Positions 12,600 through 28,090 of a stretch of 64,000 bases of DNA are shown here, one piece after another; positions within the stretch are counted from its first letter, which is position 1, and each line of letters starts with the position of its first letter. Made by a program: the position numbers and the translations under genes. Where the stretch lies: positions 280,602 to 344,601 of the forward strand of contig NW_005201223.1 of assembly GCF_000372725.1 (NCBI RefSeq). The letters run 5' to 3'. The notes under the pieces were generated by a model. That model did no database searches, was not told where the DNA came from, and was given only the letters and a program-made list of their open reading frames with translations. Source of the DNA: Emiliania huxleyi CCMP1516 (taxonomy: Eukaryota).

Positions 12600-14048
12600 C
12601 TACTCGCCGACTCCTCCTGGATAAGCAAGTCGACCACTCGCTCGTGGCCTTGGCTGGCGGCAGCCATCAGCGCGGTGCCGCCATTGCTGGTCTGCATGTC
12701 GATCCCTGCGCCACGCCGCAGCAGCAGCTCGACCACCCGCTCGTGGCCTTGGCCGGCGGCGTGCATCAGCCGGTGCCGCCATTGCTGTCCTGCATGTCGA
12801 TCTCCGCGCCGCGCCGCAGTAGCAGCTCGACCACCCGTTCGCGGCGGCTGCCGGCGGCGTCCATCAGCGCGGTGTAGCCTTTGCTGCTCTGCAGGTTGAT
12901 CTCCGCGCCGCGCCACAGTAGCAGGTCGACCACCCGCTCGTGGCCATTGCTGGCGGCGACCTGCAGCAGCGTGAAGCCCGCACTATCGAACCACGCCCGC
13001 CACCGTCGACCCACGCCAGCACCGCCGCCTCGTCGCCTCGCTCAGCCGCTTCAGCGATTATGTCTGGAAGGAGCAAGCTCTCTGTGTCGGCGCCCTTCCC
13101 ATCCCCATTTCCCGCGTGCTCTGCCTGATGGGTCTGCGGCTGTGTCGGTGGGTCCGGCGGCGACAGCGACGGCGAGCTCAGTGCGAAGCTATAAATCCAA
13201 TCTCCAACCTCGAGGCGAGACCCATCGGCCGCCGTATGGGCCGTCTTCACCAGACGAAAGCTCCTGCTGCTCTTCGGGATCGACCGCAGCCACCTCTTCA
13301 GCCCACCCGCGAGCGTGACCTGCTCCCGCACTGCCGAGCTCAGACGAGGCTCAAGCTCGCCGAGCTCCATCGTGTTTTGAGGCGCACCCTCCAATATGCG
13401 TCTGACTTCATCCACGTGCTCCGGCGGCGGCCAATGGGGCTGCTGCAGCGGCGGCGGCGGCGGTAGCTTCGTTCCCGCATGCTCCTCGACAGCGCGCGCG
13501 CACTCGGTTTGGCCCATCTCCTTCGCGATCATCAGCGCCGTCTTGCCGTCCTCGCCGCACAATGTCGTGTCTGCTCCCGCCCGCAGCAGGCGTTGCACAA
13601 CCGCGGGATGATTCGAGCCGGTTGCGACTATCAGCGCGGTGTAGCCCACGCGGCTCTGCAGGTCGATATCCGCGCCGCGCTGGATAAGCAAGTCGACCAC
13701 TCGCTCGTGGCCTTGGCTGGCGGCGGCCATCAGTGCGGTGACGCCCTCAAGTGACTTGCTGCTCTGCATGTCGATCTCCGCACCGCGCTGCAGCAGCACC
13801 TCCACCACCCGCTCGTGGCCTCGGCTGGCGGCGGCCATCAGCAAGGAGAGTTCGCTCCGGCCGATCTGGTCATTGTACGCATACGTCGCATCAGCCCGCC
13901 CTCCGCCGTCAAGCCACGCCAGTACCGCCGCGTCGTCGCCGCGTCTAGCCGCTGCTACGACCTTGGCAGGGGCAGCCCCGGCGGTTCTCTTGCTACATCC
14001 CGCGCGCTCGAGCACCAACGCGCAGGCGAGTAGCAACCGCACGTGCAT
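12600..14048 (-). pseudogene. Ankyrin-repeat protein with signal-like N-terminus; two apparent frameshifts
   Basis: Many G.TALM.AA..GHERVV.LL..GA.ID repeats spread over three frames, shifting near 12990 and 12770 (ggcaccggctgatg versus ggcaccgcgctgatg in the sister repeat). Confidence 0.75.
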
Positions 14049-14120
14049 AGGCGCGAATGCGCGCGGCTCTGCCCAGCGTTTCTTTCTCTTTCGCCGGCTC
14101 TGCCCTTTTTCCGTTCGGAC

Positions 14121-14182
14121 TTTTTGAGTGTATGTAGCTCTTACGTACATTCCCGTAGGAGACTCTGCTGACAGGTTTTGCG
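14121..14182 (-). repeat. About 62-bp dispersed repeat
   Basis: Reverse complement of copies at 17723-17787 and 17895-17959 (cctacgggaatgt.cgtaagagc core). Confidence 0.8.
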
Positions 14183-14903
14183 GGGTATGGTAATCTCACG
14201 CAACCCACCTCGAGACCATACCCCCCCGCCTGCTGACAGACCCAGCCTCCAGGAGACCGGGGATGGGCGGTCAGGACCATACCCCCCCACCCTTTGGGCC
14301 GTGAGAGTACCATACCATACCCCGCAAAAAGTTGGAAGCCTGCTAGGTAAAAGAAAGAAAGAAACAGACAACCCAAGGGAGGGAGGGGTGTGCGCCCGCG
14401 CGAAAAATTCTTTCGCGCGAGTGAGAACAGGTTCAGGTATTCGACAGCTAACCAGCCTCCTAAGTCACAGCTGTCCTCAAAACCGCTCGACGTGCGGTCG
14501 GTGACTCGCCTCCGTGCTGCGTGATGGCGGGTTGGAAATGGCTGCGCAGCCAGATGTTGTCGTGCGCGCTCGACTGCACAGGCGGTAGCCGTTGCGCAGG
14601 AGGAGCTCGGCGACGCGCGGTGGAGGGATCGCGGGTTCTCGCCAGGTTGTCGCTGATGTGTGATGATGACATGTCGATGTGCACCTTGCTCAGGTCGATG
14701 CTCGAGAGCGCCTCTCGAGGAGCGCCTACACCTCGTGGCCCTCGTGCATCGACGTCGAGGCCCATGGCCCTCCGCGCTGCCTCGCCGCTCCGGCCCACCG
14801 GCCGGCGCTGCACCCGGGGCAGAATCGGAAACGAGAAAAAGTCGTCCGCTTTACCGTCGTCCTCTCCCCATCACACACCCAACGCGCCGAGACCAGGGCG
14901 CTT

Positions 14904-17548
<2,645 letters not shown>

Positions 17549-18407
17549 GATTGTTCTTTCGAGGTCCTGGCTCGAGGTTCTCGAGGTGGAATCCTTTGGC
17601 CGCAGACACGCTGTGTGCTCCCGGCGCGAACTTCGAGCAACCACTAACCTCCGACAAACCCATCCCCTTGTTTCTCTGTTTTGTTTCTTTCTTTCCGACA
17701 AACCCATCGGGTCGCTTCTCATCGCAAACCCTGTCAACAGAGTCCTCCTACGGGAATGTACGTAAGAGCCGTGTATACTAAAAAAACTTTAAAATGGGAG
17801 GCGCGGTCGCAGGGCCATGACGCGTTATTTCGTCGCGGGACGCTTTTTTTCAGGCTCTCGGCGCGGCGTGAGTGTGTGTGTGTGCACTAAACTTCGCAAA
17901 CCCTGTCAACAGAGTCCTCCTACGGGAATGTTCGTAAGAGCCGTGTATACTAAAAAAACGGTTGTACCTCTCCCTGGTAGAGAGGCTGCGGGCGGAGGGC
18001 GTCTCGCTCGAGGTGGAGGCGCTGCACGCCGCCGCCGCGCCGACCTTCGCTCCCCGCGCCGTCGTGCTCCGCTGCGACGAGATCCTGGCGGCGCTCGGCC
18101 GCCCGCCGGAGGTGCCGGACGGAGGGCAGGGCGGCGGAGGTGCGGACACACGTGCCAACGGTGTGGTCCGCCTTCGCTTGCGCCGTGGCAGGTAGGTAGG
18201 TAGGTAGGGGCACCGCAGGGGCCGGTCAGGTTTTTCCAGAATTTCATCATGAGTTCCTCCCAAGCAAAAATAAACGCCACCTGACACCTGCAGATCTCCG
18301 CCAAAAGACTGGCCCAACGCACACCACAACAGCTCTCGTCATCGTTCCGTTGGGCTGCCGCTGGATTGTCGGACGCGGCTTGTTGTGTTGTTGTCCTTGA
18401 TCCGTTC

Positions 18408-19555
18408 ATGGCCGTCAATGGCAATGTGTCGCTGGCGGTGAACGACACAGAGACGTACACGTCTGCGTGGATCGTGATTTATATCGCTTGCGCTTTGCAC
18501 GGCGGATTGTTTCTTTATGCTGCATCTGTGGCTCAACGTAGGGTTCCACTGAGTCGACTGATGCAAGAGCAGAGCAGACAAGCTGCTTCACCGGAGGCTT
18601 ACCTTTCTCCGTGCTGTACCTGTATGACGTGTGGAAAGACATGTACCTGAATCTCCAGTACCTGTATGACGTGTGGAAAGACATGCGGAGCGTCATCTCT
18701 CCCTTCTTCTTTGCGATCAACTCAATCTTCTTTGCCGGTTTCATGATGCTCAACCAGAGCAAGACGCTCGACATCTTTATAGGCTACAGTGGAGTACTTG
18801 CGGCCGCGCCACTGGCCACACTGCTAATCGAATGGCAGCAGTTACAGCGAAACAAATGGCAGCAGTCGTGGGTGGAGAAGGATCCCGTAGGGAAGCGGCC
18901 CAGTAGAGTTCGACCGCATCATAAGGATCCCGTAGAGCAGCCCAAGGAGCAGGCAGAGCCGCCGCCGCCGCCGCCGCCGCAAGAAGGCGAGGCGGCTGAC
19001 AGGTACCAAGATTTATCCGAGCCAATGCTGAATGTGGTTGCGATGGGAGCTGGCCAGTGCTTGCTGATGGGTTATTATGCATATGCCGTCTACACTTCCA
19101 AGCCGGACTTCACCAGCAGCCAAACTTTGCTCTTCTACTTTACAGGCGCTGTGATACAGATCATGCTCATCGTGCAGAAAGGTGGCTTCCTTGTCTATGA
19201 CAACACCATGTTCAAATTCTGGCTCTTTGCGCGCGCTACCTGTAACCGGGGAGGAACCCTGAGTATTGCTGACAAGCGTGGCGCGAATAAGATCGTCTCT
19301 GTGAATCGCATGGGCCTCAGTGTGCGCATCTTTCTCTGGTCTCTGGTGAACGTCCTTACCACAACCTTCCTTGTTTTATCGATCCCGCTACTGTTGAGCA
19401 CAGCAGAGACCCACTTGGACTTCGTGCTCAATGCAGCAGCAAGCATCTTCATCATCGAGCTGGATGACATTGAGCCTAAGAAGTGCGTTGCAATTGAAGG
19501 TGGGAAAAGAAGGGCGCGGCCTGGTGCTGGGGAATGCGATGAATCCCCAGCGTGA
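18408..19555 (+). CDS. Uncharacterised polytopic membrane protein; frame break near 18610
   Basis: Hydrophobic ORFs 18408-18650 and 18611-19555 lie in different frames; C-terminal DFVLNAAASIFIIELDD motif; 28-bp duplication at 18616/18658. Confidence 0.6.
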
Positions 19556-20386
19556 CCCCCATCGGGGATCGCGGCCAGGCAGCGAAGGTCGGAGTGGGTG
19601 ATGGAGGCCTCCAGCGCGAATGACGGGGCACGGACGGAGAAAATGGGGCAGGGCGCGGGCCGAGAGGGAGAGGCGGACGAACAGGGGCATTCAAAAGCGC
19701 GGATGCATGTGGGCGTCCTGGGCGGCTGGGCGGGCGTTCTCGGACTAGGGCATGTGTACACTCGCATTTGTCCACCACTTTAATTAAACCGCCGCACCTA
19801 GTAGTGGTAGCTGGTAACAACAGGCGACCGGAGCCGCGCTGTTCTAGAGCTGTTAGGTTTTGTATGAGTGTCCAACCAAAACAAAGGACACACGTGCGGG
19901 GGCTATACGCGAGTCGCGAGTCGCGAGACGCCGGCAGCGGAACCCATCACATCACACACACACGTCGAGACGCCGACATCAACGCAGTTCACACACCTCA
20001 CTCACACGCGAGGCCTCTCGATGAAGTCAGAGCGAATTACAAGGCACGCGAATCGCGATTTTACGCGCGCGCGCTGACCATGCGGTTTAAAATGGGATGC
20101 GCGGTCGCAGGGCCATGACGGGTTGTTTCGTCGCTTTGTCGTTTGGGCTTTCCGGGCCACCTGCCCTCGCTCCTCCTCCACTGCGCATTGGGATGTCAGG
20201 GATACTGCGTAGCCCTTCCTGGTGGAGGCGCGCGCGATTCCGTGACTCTCCTTTTACGCGCCAATGCACCCTCACCGAAGGTGCATAGGAGTGAATCCGA
20301 GTGAAACTAGTTCCTTTTATAGCTCTCGGCGCGGCGTGAGTGAACACACACACACACACACATCTCGGCGCGCCTTTGCCTGTGCG

Positions 20387-21014
20387 ATGGCAGATAGCTG
20401 CACAGTCCTCGTCGAGAACCTGCCGGCGGACGCCTCGCGGGAGGACCTCTCCACCTACTTTGGTGCGGGACCAGAACACGACACGACACTCGTGTAATTC
20501 TAAGCTAGCAGCCGCTGCCCTCCACAGTCCGCAGCCACCGTGCCCTCCCGCGCCCGCCGCAGCCTTCCACGGCCACGTCGAGAAGGTCCTGCTAGACGGC
20601 ACGACCGCACTAATCACGTTTGAGAGCGGCGCGAGCGCCCGGTCGGCGCTGCTCTTTGACGGCGCCGAGTTCCACGGATCGGCGATCGCTGTCGCGCTGG
20701 ATGCGGCCTGCGTCGACCCGATCCGCAGGACGCTGGCCGACGGCTCGGGCTCGCCCTCGGGCGGCTCCGGCGGAGGTGTGGGTGGGACCATTCCTCCCCG
20801 ATCTCCCCACGCGCCTCCCCCCTCCCCGCCCCACTTCTCCTCCCCACCGCTCCTCCCCTCCTCTCCTCCCCGACGCCGCCCGCAGGCTCCTCCTCGCCAG
20901 ATGAGTGCAGAGTCTCGCAAGACAGCGACGTCGCCGCCCAGACCGCGGCCGCCGCCGCCGCCGCCGCTGACGCAGACGCCACCGCCGCAGCCGTCGCCGC
21001 TGCCGCCGCCGCAG

Positions 21015-21045
<31 letters not shown>

Positions 21046-21402
21046 CAAGGCTCCCGTCACCTCCCCGAAGTGGGCATGCCGCACCGCTGCGGCTGCCGGG
21101 GTGTCGGCGGGCATCGACGGCACCGTGAGGCGCGCCATCGACGGGTTTGCGGACGCCGTCGCAGAGGCGCGGGCCGCAGACATGCCCCTCGCAACAGACA
21201 TGCCCCTCGCAGCAGACATCCTACCAATCTCTCAACCTCGCCCCCCCTCGCGGCAGGTCCCTCTCAACGAGGGCCGGGCGCTGCTCGGTGCGCCGCAGCG
21301 GAGGAGGAGGCCGCGCCGCCGCGTGCTCCCGCCTCACCCGCCGCACCCGCTCGCCGAGTAGGCTCGACGCTGGCGATGATGGCGCTGCTCGCCGTGGTGT
21401 GA
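20387..21402 (+). CDS. RRM-domain protein with Ala-rich linker, multi-exon
   Basis: TVLVENLPADASREDL.TYF | FHGHVEKV...TALITFES..SARSALLFDGAEFHG..IAV. Confidence 0.65.
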
Positions 21403-22317
21403 GGCGGGGCAGTGGCGCGTCGCGTGCCCTCCTCGCCGCGGCGCTTAAGACGGGGCGGCGGTGCTGATTTATTGACTTCTGTCGGGGCGGAGACTAGGGC
21501 GGAGAGGCTGTCGGGGCGGAAATCGCATGCAGGCTTTTGTGGCGTTGTGCGGAGGTGCCGCTCAGAGGCGAATAATGTTGCGGTGTCGCGGCGGATCGGT
21601 GACATGTGTTGGTTGTGTGTGCGCGTCTAGCTGTGATTCGAAGCGCAGGCGGGCGCCTCGGCGCAATCGGGTTGCAATTGTTGGCGTCCTCCAGCGTCGG
21701 CCGTCGACCGTCGGGTTGCAATTGATTTTTTCAGAAAAAGAAAGAAAGAAAGCAGACAGCCCAAAAAAAAGAACAAGAAGAACGGCCTGGGGGGCACGGA
21801 GGTCGGGGACGTTGCTGCTTTTGGCCCTTTTCTCTTTTCTGTCTCTTTATTTTACGGCGGATCCCTTGGCCTTGCGCAAGAGCGCGGCTTCGAGCTGCCC
21901 GGCGCAGCCAGAGGGCGAGGGCTGCGCCGTGCGGTGGCTGTGCTTCGCTGCGTTGCTGTGCGAGTCCAACCCGCCGGCGAGGGCGGCAGCAGGCCGTCGG
22001 CACAGCCTTTGCGGCGTCATCTTGGAGCACTTGGAGCACTTGGAGTGTAGTCATTAATGGGGAGCTAAGAAGCGCACCCAGCGGGCCGGATGATCGGCAT
22101 CGCGCATCGGGCTACGGGCTAGAGAGCCCTACCCCTAGGGGGAGTAGTTGTAAAGTAAACACGGGTTGCCCCCTCTGTTGTTCATCTTTCTACATACATA
22201 CATGAGTAGAACACCAGGCGGTCTAACCCGAGGGTGTTCTACGAAGAGCTATAATGAACACCAGGCAACTTCACGATTTTTTATTCTACGTCAGCCATCC
22301 ACGCCAAAAGTGGGTTG

Positions 22318-24522
22318 ATGGTGGTGTTCGCAGTGCTATGCTCGGCGGTACAGGCCTTTGACGTCCCCTTCGGACCGCAGCCTGGTGACGCGCTCTCCGG
22401 GCTCTGGCCCGCGCCGGCCAACGCCAGCGCATCCGGCGCGTTCTTGTGCCTCTCGGAGGCTGCGTTCAAGATGAGCGTGAAGTCGACGCTCTCGCCGCCC
22501 GCGGTTGAGCGACTGCGACGAGCTATCCATCGGACGGAGGCCAAAATCTTCACTCCAGCAGCGCGACCGCATCTCCACCAGTCCGTGGCCGCGTATGCCG
22601 CGAGCCCGACGCTTACTGCGCTTGCCATTTACGTGACCTCCGACGACCTCACGCTCTCGCGCCGCACCGATGAGTCTTACGCGCTGTCGATCGAGGGGGC
22701 GCCGCCCGCGGCGACGCTGCGCGCGCACACTGTGTACGGTGCACTGCACGGCCTGGAGACGTTCTCACAGCTCGTGTCACGAGGGAGCGGCTTGCGCGGC
22801 AAATGCTCGGCGGTCATCAACGCGTCGCGGCTCGCCATCAGCGACGCGCCTCGCTTCCGGTGGCGCGGGCTGATGCTCGACTCGGCGCGGCACTACCTGC
22901 CGGTCGAGGCCATCACGGCGATGCTCGACGCGATGTCGTTCAACAAGCTCAACGTCCTCCACTGGCACATCTCCGACTCGCAGTCCTTCCCGCTGCTCAC
23001 CAAGGCCCGAGGAGTTAGTTGCTAGCACATCTCCGACTCGCAGTCCTTCCCGCTGCTCACCAAGGCCCGAGGAGTTAGTTGCTAGCACATCTCCGACACG
23101 CAGTCCTTCCCGCGGCGACGCTCGCGCCTCAAGGAGAAGCGGTGTGAATCAAGGGGAAAGGACAGCTCTGAATGCAGGCGACGCCCGCGTTGGCACGCGG
23201 CGCATACTCGCCAGCGCTGGTTTACACCGCGGACGACGTGCGCACGATCGTCGGCTTCGCGGCGGACCGCGGGATCCGCGTCGTGCCCGAGCTGGATTCG
23301 CCGGGCCACGCAACCTCCTGGTCGGTCGGCTACCCCAACGCCACGCTGCCCCGCTGCCAGGCACCGTCACCGTTCGCTTCCCCTTGGACCGCGGCGGGGG
23401 CATGTCCATGACACGTCCTGTGGGATGCGTGGTCAGACGCTCGACCCCACTTCGGACGCGGCGTTCGCGCTGCTCGAGGCGCTCTTCGCCGAGGTTGCCT
23501 CCCTCTTCCCGGACGAGTACATGCACATCGGCGCCGACGAGGTGGGCTTCAGTCTCAACACACCTCGCAGCACCGAGGACGGAACGCACGCACGCGCACG
23601 CACGCACACGCACGCACGCACGCACGCGCACGCACACACACACACACACAGACACACACGCACTGCGCACACACGCACTGCTCATGGAGCCGACATGAGG
23701 CCACACATTGTGCCGCCGGCCGAGTCGTTCTGCTGGACACGTGAGGTGGACTTTGCGTGCTGGATCAGCAGCGCGACGGTCGTCTCGTACATGCAGCGCC
23801 GCGGGATCGCGCGCGACGACGCCGGCTTCAAGGAGCTCACCGCGAAGTACATCGGAAGGCTCACGGCGCTCGTCGCAAAGTCGGGCAAGACGGCGGTGGC
23901 GTGGCAGGAGGCGATGGACCACTACGGCCCGACGGCCGCCAACCCCACGCCGCCCAGCGCGCGTCTGCCGTCAGACTTGGTGGTTGAGCAGTGGCTCCAG
24001 CCGGCGTGGAACTGGGCCAACCTGAGCGCCATCACCGGGCAGGGCTACCTCGGCCGGCCCGACGCCACGTGGCCGACCGGCCACAGCGGCTTCGAGGCAC
24101 TTGTCACGCTCGGCTGGTACCTGGACGGCACAGCCAGCCTCAACGCGTGGGAGGAGGCATACGCGCGCGAGCCGCTGACCAACAAGACGTGCGTGTACGA
24201 CGCCGCCGGCCACGAGGCGGCCTGCGCGTGCTCGTGCCCCTCGGGCCCGTGGCGGGACGGCAAGTGCCACTGCTTCGACCTGCGTGGCTCGGCCAAGGCT
24301 GCCAAGGTGCTCGGCGGCGAGGCGCCGCTGTGGGGCGAGCACATCGACCGCACCAACCTCGAGCCGCGCGCCTTCCCTCGAGCGAGCGCGGTCGCCGAGC
24401 GGCTGTGGAGCCCGGTCTGGCGCAACAACGCTTCGGCGGCCGCGCCGCGCCTGCTCAAGCACCGCTGCCGCATGATCGAGAGAGGCGTGCGCGTGACGCC
24501 GCTGGGGCCAGGCTTCTGCTGA
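22318..24522 (+). CDS. Beta-N-acetylhexosaminidase, glycoside hydrolase family 20, multi-exon
   Basis: Signal peptide; DESY.L, GLETFSQL, PRFRWRGLMLDSARHY, NKLNVLHWH.SDSQSFP, VPELDSPGH, catalytic HIGADEV, VLGGEAPLWGE, FPRASAVAERLWS. Confidence 0.95.
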
Positions 24523-24866
24523 AAGAGAGTGTGTGTTTGGGGACTAAAAGGCGCCGGGGGAGAGAGATCGTTGTGTAATAGTAGTCCACACATCGGATGT
24601 GTGCGGCGCCCGGGGCGGCGGGGGGGTGTATCGTAGTACGTAGAGCCGTACGAGACGGCATTGTTGTCCGTCCTCGCGCCGTCCAGCGTCGGCAGCGTCC
24701 GTGGCAGCGTGCAGGCTGCAGCGACCCTGGCATATCCGTTATTCCTTAAGTTATTGCGAATGAATGCACGCCGCGAACATGAAATTTCCATGTAGCTGAG
24801 AATCCGAAGCGGGCGCGCCGGGCAACCCGCGTAACCCTTTTATAGATACAGTCATGCTCATGGGTC

Positions 24867-26283
24867 TCATGATCGCGCGCAAGCGCTGCTTGGGCTGCTA
24901 CTGGCTACTGGAACTACTGTGCCGGGCGCAACACTCCCCCCCTCCTCCACAGAGGAGGTCGATCGCGATCGTGAGAAGCGAAGGTGATTCCTCTGCGACG
25001 ACTTGCTCGGCTCGACGAGTGAGGCAGCGGGCATGTGGCCACGGCCAGACGCGCGGCCTGTCGCACCCGACCAGCTGTGCCAGGACTGCCTGACGTCCTG
25101 CAGCACGTGCCGCCGCCAGCTGTCGTAGGGCAGCAGCTCCTTGACGAGCAACGTCGCGCCGTCGGGCCCGGCGGCGGCATCCACCTACATTATGGCAAGC
25201 GTATGAACAGACGCCCCCACAGCCTTGGCGAGTTTATGGGCGGCGGCTGTGGGGGACCTGCGAGACCTCGTGCGCAAAGCAGATCCAATCTCCCTCCGCC
25301 AATAGACCCAACGCCTCGCCCGCCGTGGCACCCTCCACGCGCTGCGCCGCCGACAGCGACCCGCGCAGCAGGTAGATCTCCTTGATAGGTCTCCGGAACA
25401 AAAGCGCCTGGACACACAGGCAGGTGTTGACCGGCTGGATCCAACCCTGCCTTCGGCGTTGGGAGGCGCGCCTTCTTCGCGTGTGGTGCCCAGCGCTCGA
25501 TCCGAGTCTCGAGCCCGTCCTTGCTGATGGCCCACCCACGCCGTGGCCCGTCGATCCAGCTGGCCTCGCGCTGCCGTGGAACGAGGAGGCGTGGGCAGAG
25601 CGCCACGTGCTGCGCAACCTCGGTGGCGGAGGTGGCTTGCATCAAGCCCCACCAGGTGAGGATCTCGGTGCGCCCTTCGAAGGGCTGAGTCATCGCCGCG
25701 TGGTGCGTGCCGATGGGGTAGCGCACCAGCGCGGGTGCCTCTACCTGCGGCGGGGTGGGCGCCGGTTGAGGATGGCGGTCGAGGCGGTGGCGGCAGCGGT
25801 GGAGGCCTGCGCGAAGTTTGTGTCCGCGAAGCGGCCGGTAAAGACGATGTACTCCTCGCCGCCGGGGTGGTCATGGTAGGGCAGTCGCGGCGTGTTCGGC
25901 GGATAGTCCACAATGTAGCGGACGCGCGGGTAGTGAACGCTGCCGCTCACCTCTGCAGACAGCCACTTCCTGCGAATGTCTGGGAAGGTGTGTACGTCAT
26001 CGCCAAAATCGTCGCACTCATGCATGGTGTTGAGAGCGCACTGAAAGCAGTGGGAGGAGGAGATCCACCTTGCATCGGCCGCCTTGACCAGGTGTGTCTG
26101 ACTGATGTCGCAGTTCCGCGCAAAGGTGGACGACTCCTCGGCATTTTTCCAGTCGGCATCGCCAGCCAGCCACCGTTGCTGTGCTAGTGCGGTTGCCTTG
26201 CTGGCCTTTGCGCCTTGTGCGCGAATACACCACGGCCACGAGCAGCACGCGGCGGCCGGTTGATCTGTCTCGTCGTCCAGCAT
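24867..26283 (-). CDS. ChrR-like (double) cupin protein, multi-exon
   Basis: YIVDYPPNT..PYHDHPGGEEYIVFTGRFAD | ...VRYPIGTHH; second cupin-like half TRIERWAP...EIYLLRGSL...GDWI. Confidence 0.65.
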
Positions 26284-26356
26284 GTTCGCTGGCGAACTAG
26301 AAAAGGCGCGTGAGCTAAAGGGCGGGCACGTCCTTGACGCTCCGGGGGGGTGAACC

Positions 26357-26555
26357 TTGAGCACTTGAGCACTGGATACAGTTGTACCTGCTGGGGCGAG
26401 CCTCGGCGAGACTGCGTCAGCTGTTCCCACAGCAGGCTGGAAGTACCTCGCCAGGTTGTACCCGGGTAGTGTCGATTCCGCGTGGTACGGGACCCCTCAA
26501 TCGTCTCGCCCTCCCTCACTGGTGTGTTCATTGGGGGGGGTCATAACAAACACGG
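26357..26555 (+). repeat. Solo copy of the TIR of the 58376-59658 element
   Basis: ttgagcacttgagcactggata...gattccgcgtggtacgggacccctc...gtcataacaa nearly identical to 58376-58479, with an internal insertion. Confidence 0.85.
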
Positions 26556-27835
26556 GGTGAATGAACCTTCTTTTGTAGAAGGCTAGGATTGAGAGCAGCC
26601 TCGCTCTCAATCCTAGAAGTCGAAGGATTGGGAGCAGCACTCCTCGCAATCGTACGTAGCAACTCTGTGCGAGAGTGAGCACCCACGCTCGCAATCCTAC
26701 GTCTTCTAGGACTATGAGCAGCTCCGCTCACAATCAATGTGACTGGTGTCTGGTGATGCCCACGACTACTACCAGCGCGCTCACAATCCGAGCAAACTCT
26801 AGGGTTGCGAGCAGCTTATTAGCCCACAATCCTAGCAACATACCTCCGATTGCGAGCAGGAGCCTCGCAATCCTACATCTGGTAGGACTATGAGCGGCTG
26901 CGCTCACAATCGTACCAAAGATCCAAGGACTGCTAGCAGCGCACAGAGGGCGCTCCCAAATCGCTCCAGCCGCGAGCGCTTGTGAGTGAGCGCGCCGGGA
27001 GGGTCTCCTCACAATCCAAACAGTACAATCGCACCGATTGCGAGGGGACCCGCTCGCAATCCTAGAAGTCGTAGCACGTAGGACTGTGGGCGGTGTCGCT
27101 CGCATTCGGCGAAAGTTCTAGGATTGCGAGGAGTGCTGCTCACAATCGGAGGCATGTTGCTAGGATTGTGAGCTAAGCTGCTCGCAACCCTAGAGTTTGC
27201 TCGGATTGTGAGCGCGCCGAGACTGGAGACAGAACCCACCCGTACACAGGAGAGATGGGACTGCGTCCCGCCCGCTTGCCCTGCCTGCGCAGGATAGCGT
27301 GCCCCGATATGCGATAACGGCGACACTTAGCGAGGGTCACTGCGCAAGGAGGGGGTGCGAAGCCTTTTCTTTTTGTCCTCTCGGGGGATGTTCTCTCTGC
27401 GCCCATGCGCCATGTTGGCCTTCTGAGGTTTTCGTACTAATGACGTCCTTCTCGGCCCTGGATGTGAGGTTGATAACTGCACTCCAAGTGCTCCAAGTGC
27501 TTGGCCGACTTCGGGCTTTCCCCCGGTATGCTATAGAGGTCGCCCGCCGGCTTCCCCTCGTTTCCAAGTGCCGCCCCGCGAGCGGGAGGCCCCCAGTTCG
27601 AAACCTGGTCGACCCTTTATACGAATTCGAACCCACGTTTTTCGGCCAGGCGGCCGGTGCGTTGGTCGTTCTCGTCATGGGATAGTCCTAGAAGACGTAG
27701 GATTGCGAGCGTGGGTGCTCACTATCGCACAGAGATGCTACCGATTGCGAGGAGTGCTGCTCACAATCCTTCGACTTCTAGGATTGAGAGCGAGACTGCT
27801 CTCAATCCCAGCCTTCTACAAAAGAAGGTTCACCC
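26555..27835. mobile_element. Foldback-like element with nested long inverted repeats
   Basis: 26562-26714 is the reverse complement of 27682-27832; inner arms about 26775-26875 and 27120-27216; built from ctc(g/a)caatcc/ggattg(c/t)gag subrepeats. Confidence 0.8.
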
Positions 27836-28090
27836 TCCGTGGGGTACCATAATTAAAAGAGGTTTGGAGGAAATTTCGCATTTCTTTTTCCCAAACATAC
27901 TACAAATATATTCGCGCCGTGGAGACGGCGGCCCGGGCCGCACTAGCGATACCCAGCCGACGGTGCGATACCCAGCCGACGGTGCGATACCCAGCGAACA
28001 AATATTCCAGCCGCACTAGCGATACCCGACGCTCGGCAGCTAGCGACACCGATACCGATCGACACCCGGCTCCGCATTAGCGAGAACACC

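Noticed and set aside
27538..27640. tRNA-like T-arm (ccagttcgaaacctgg) with ggtcg/cgacc ends
   Set aside because: No recognisable D-arm or anticodon stem; at most a tRNA-derived repeat remnant.
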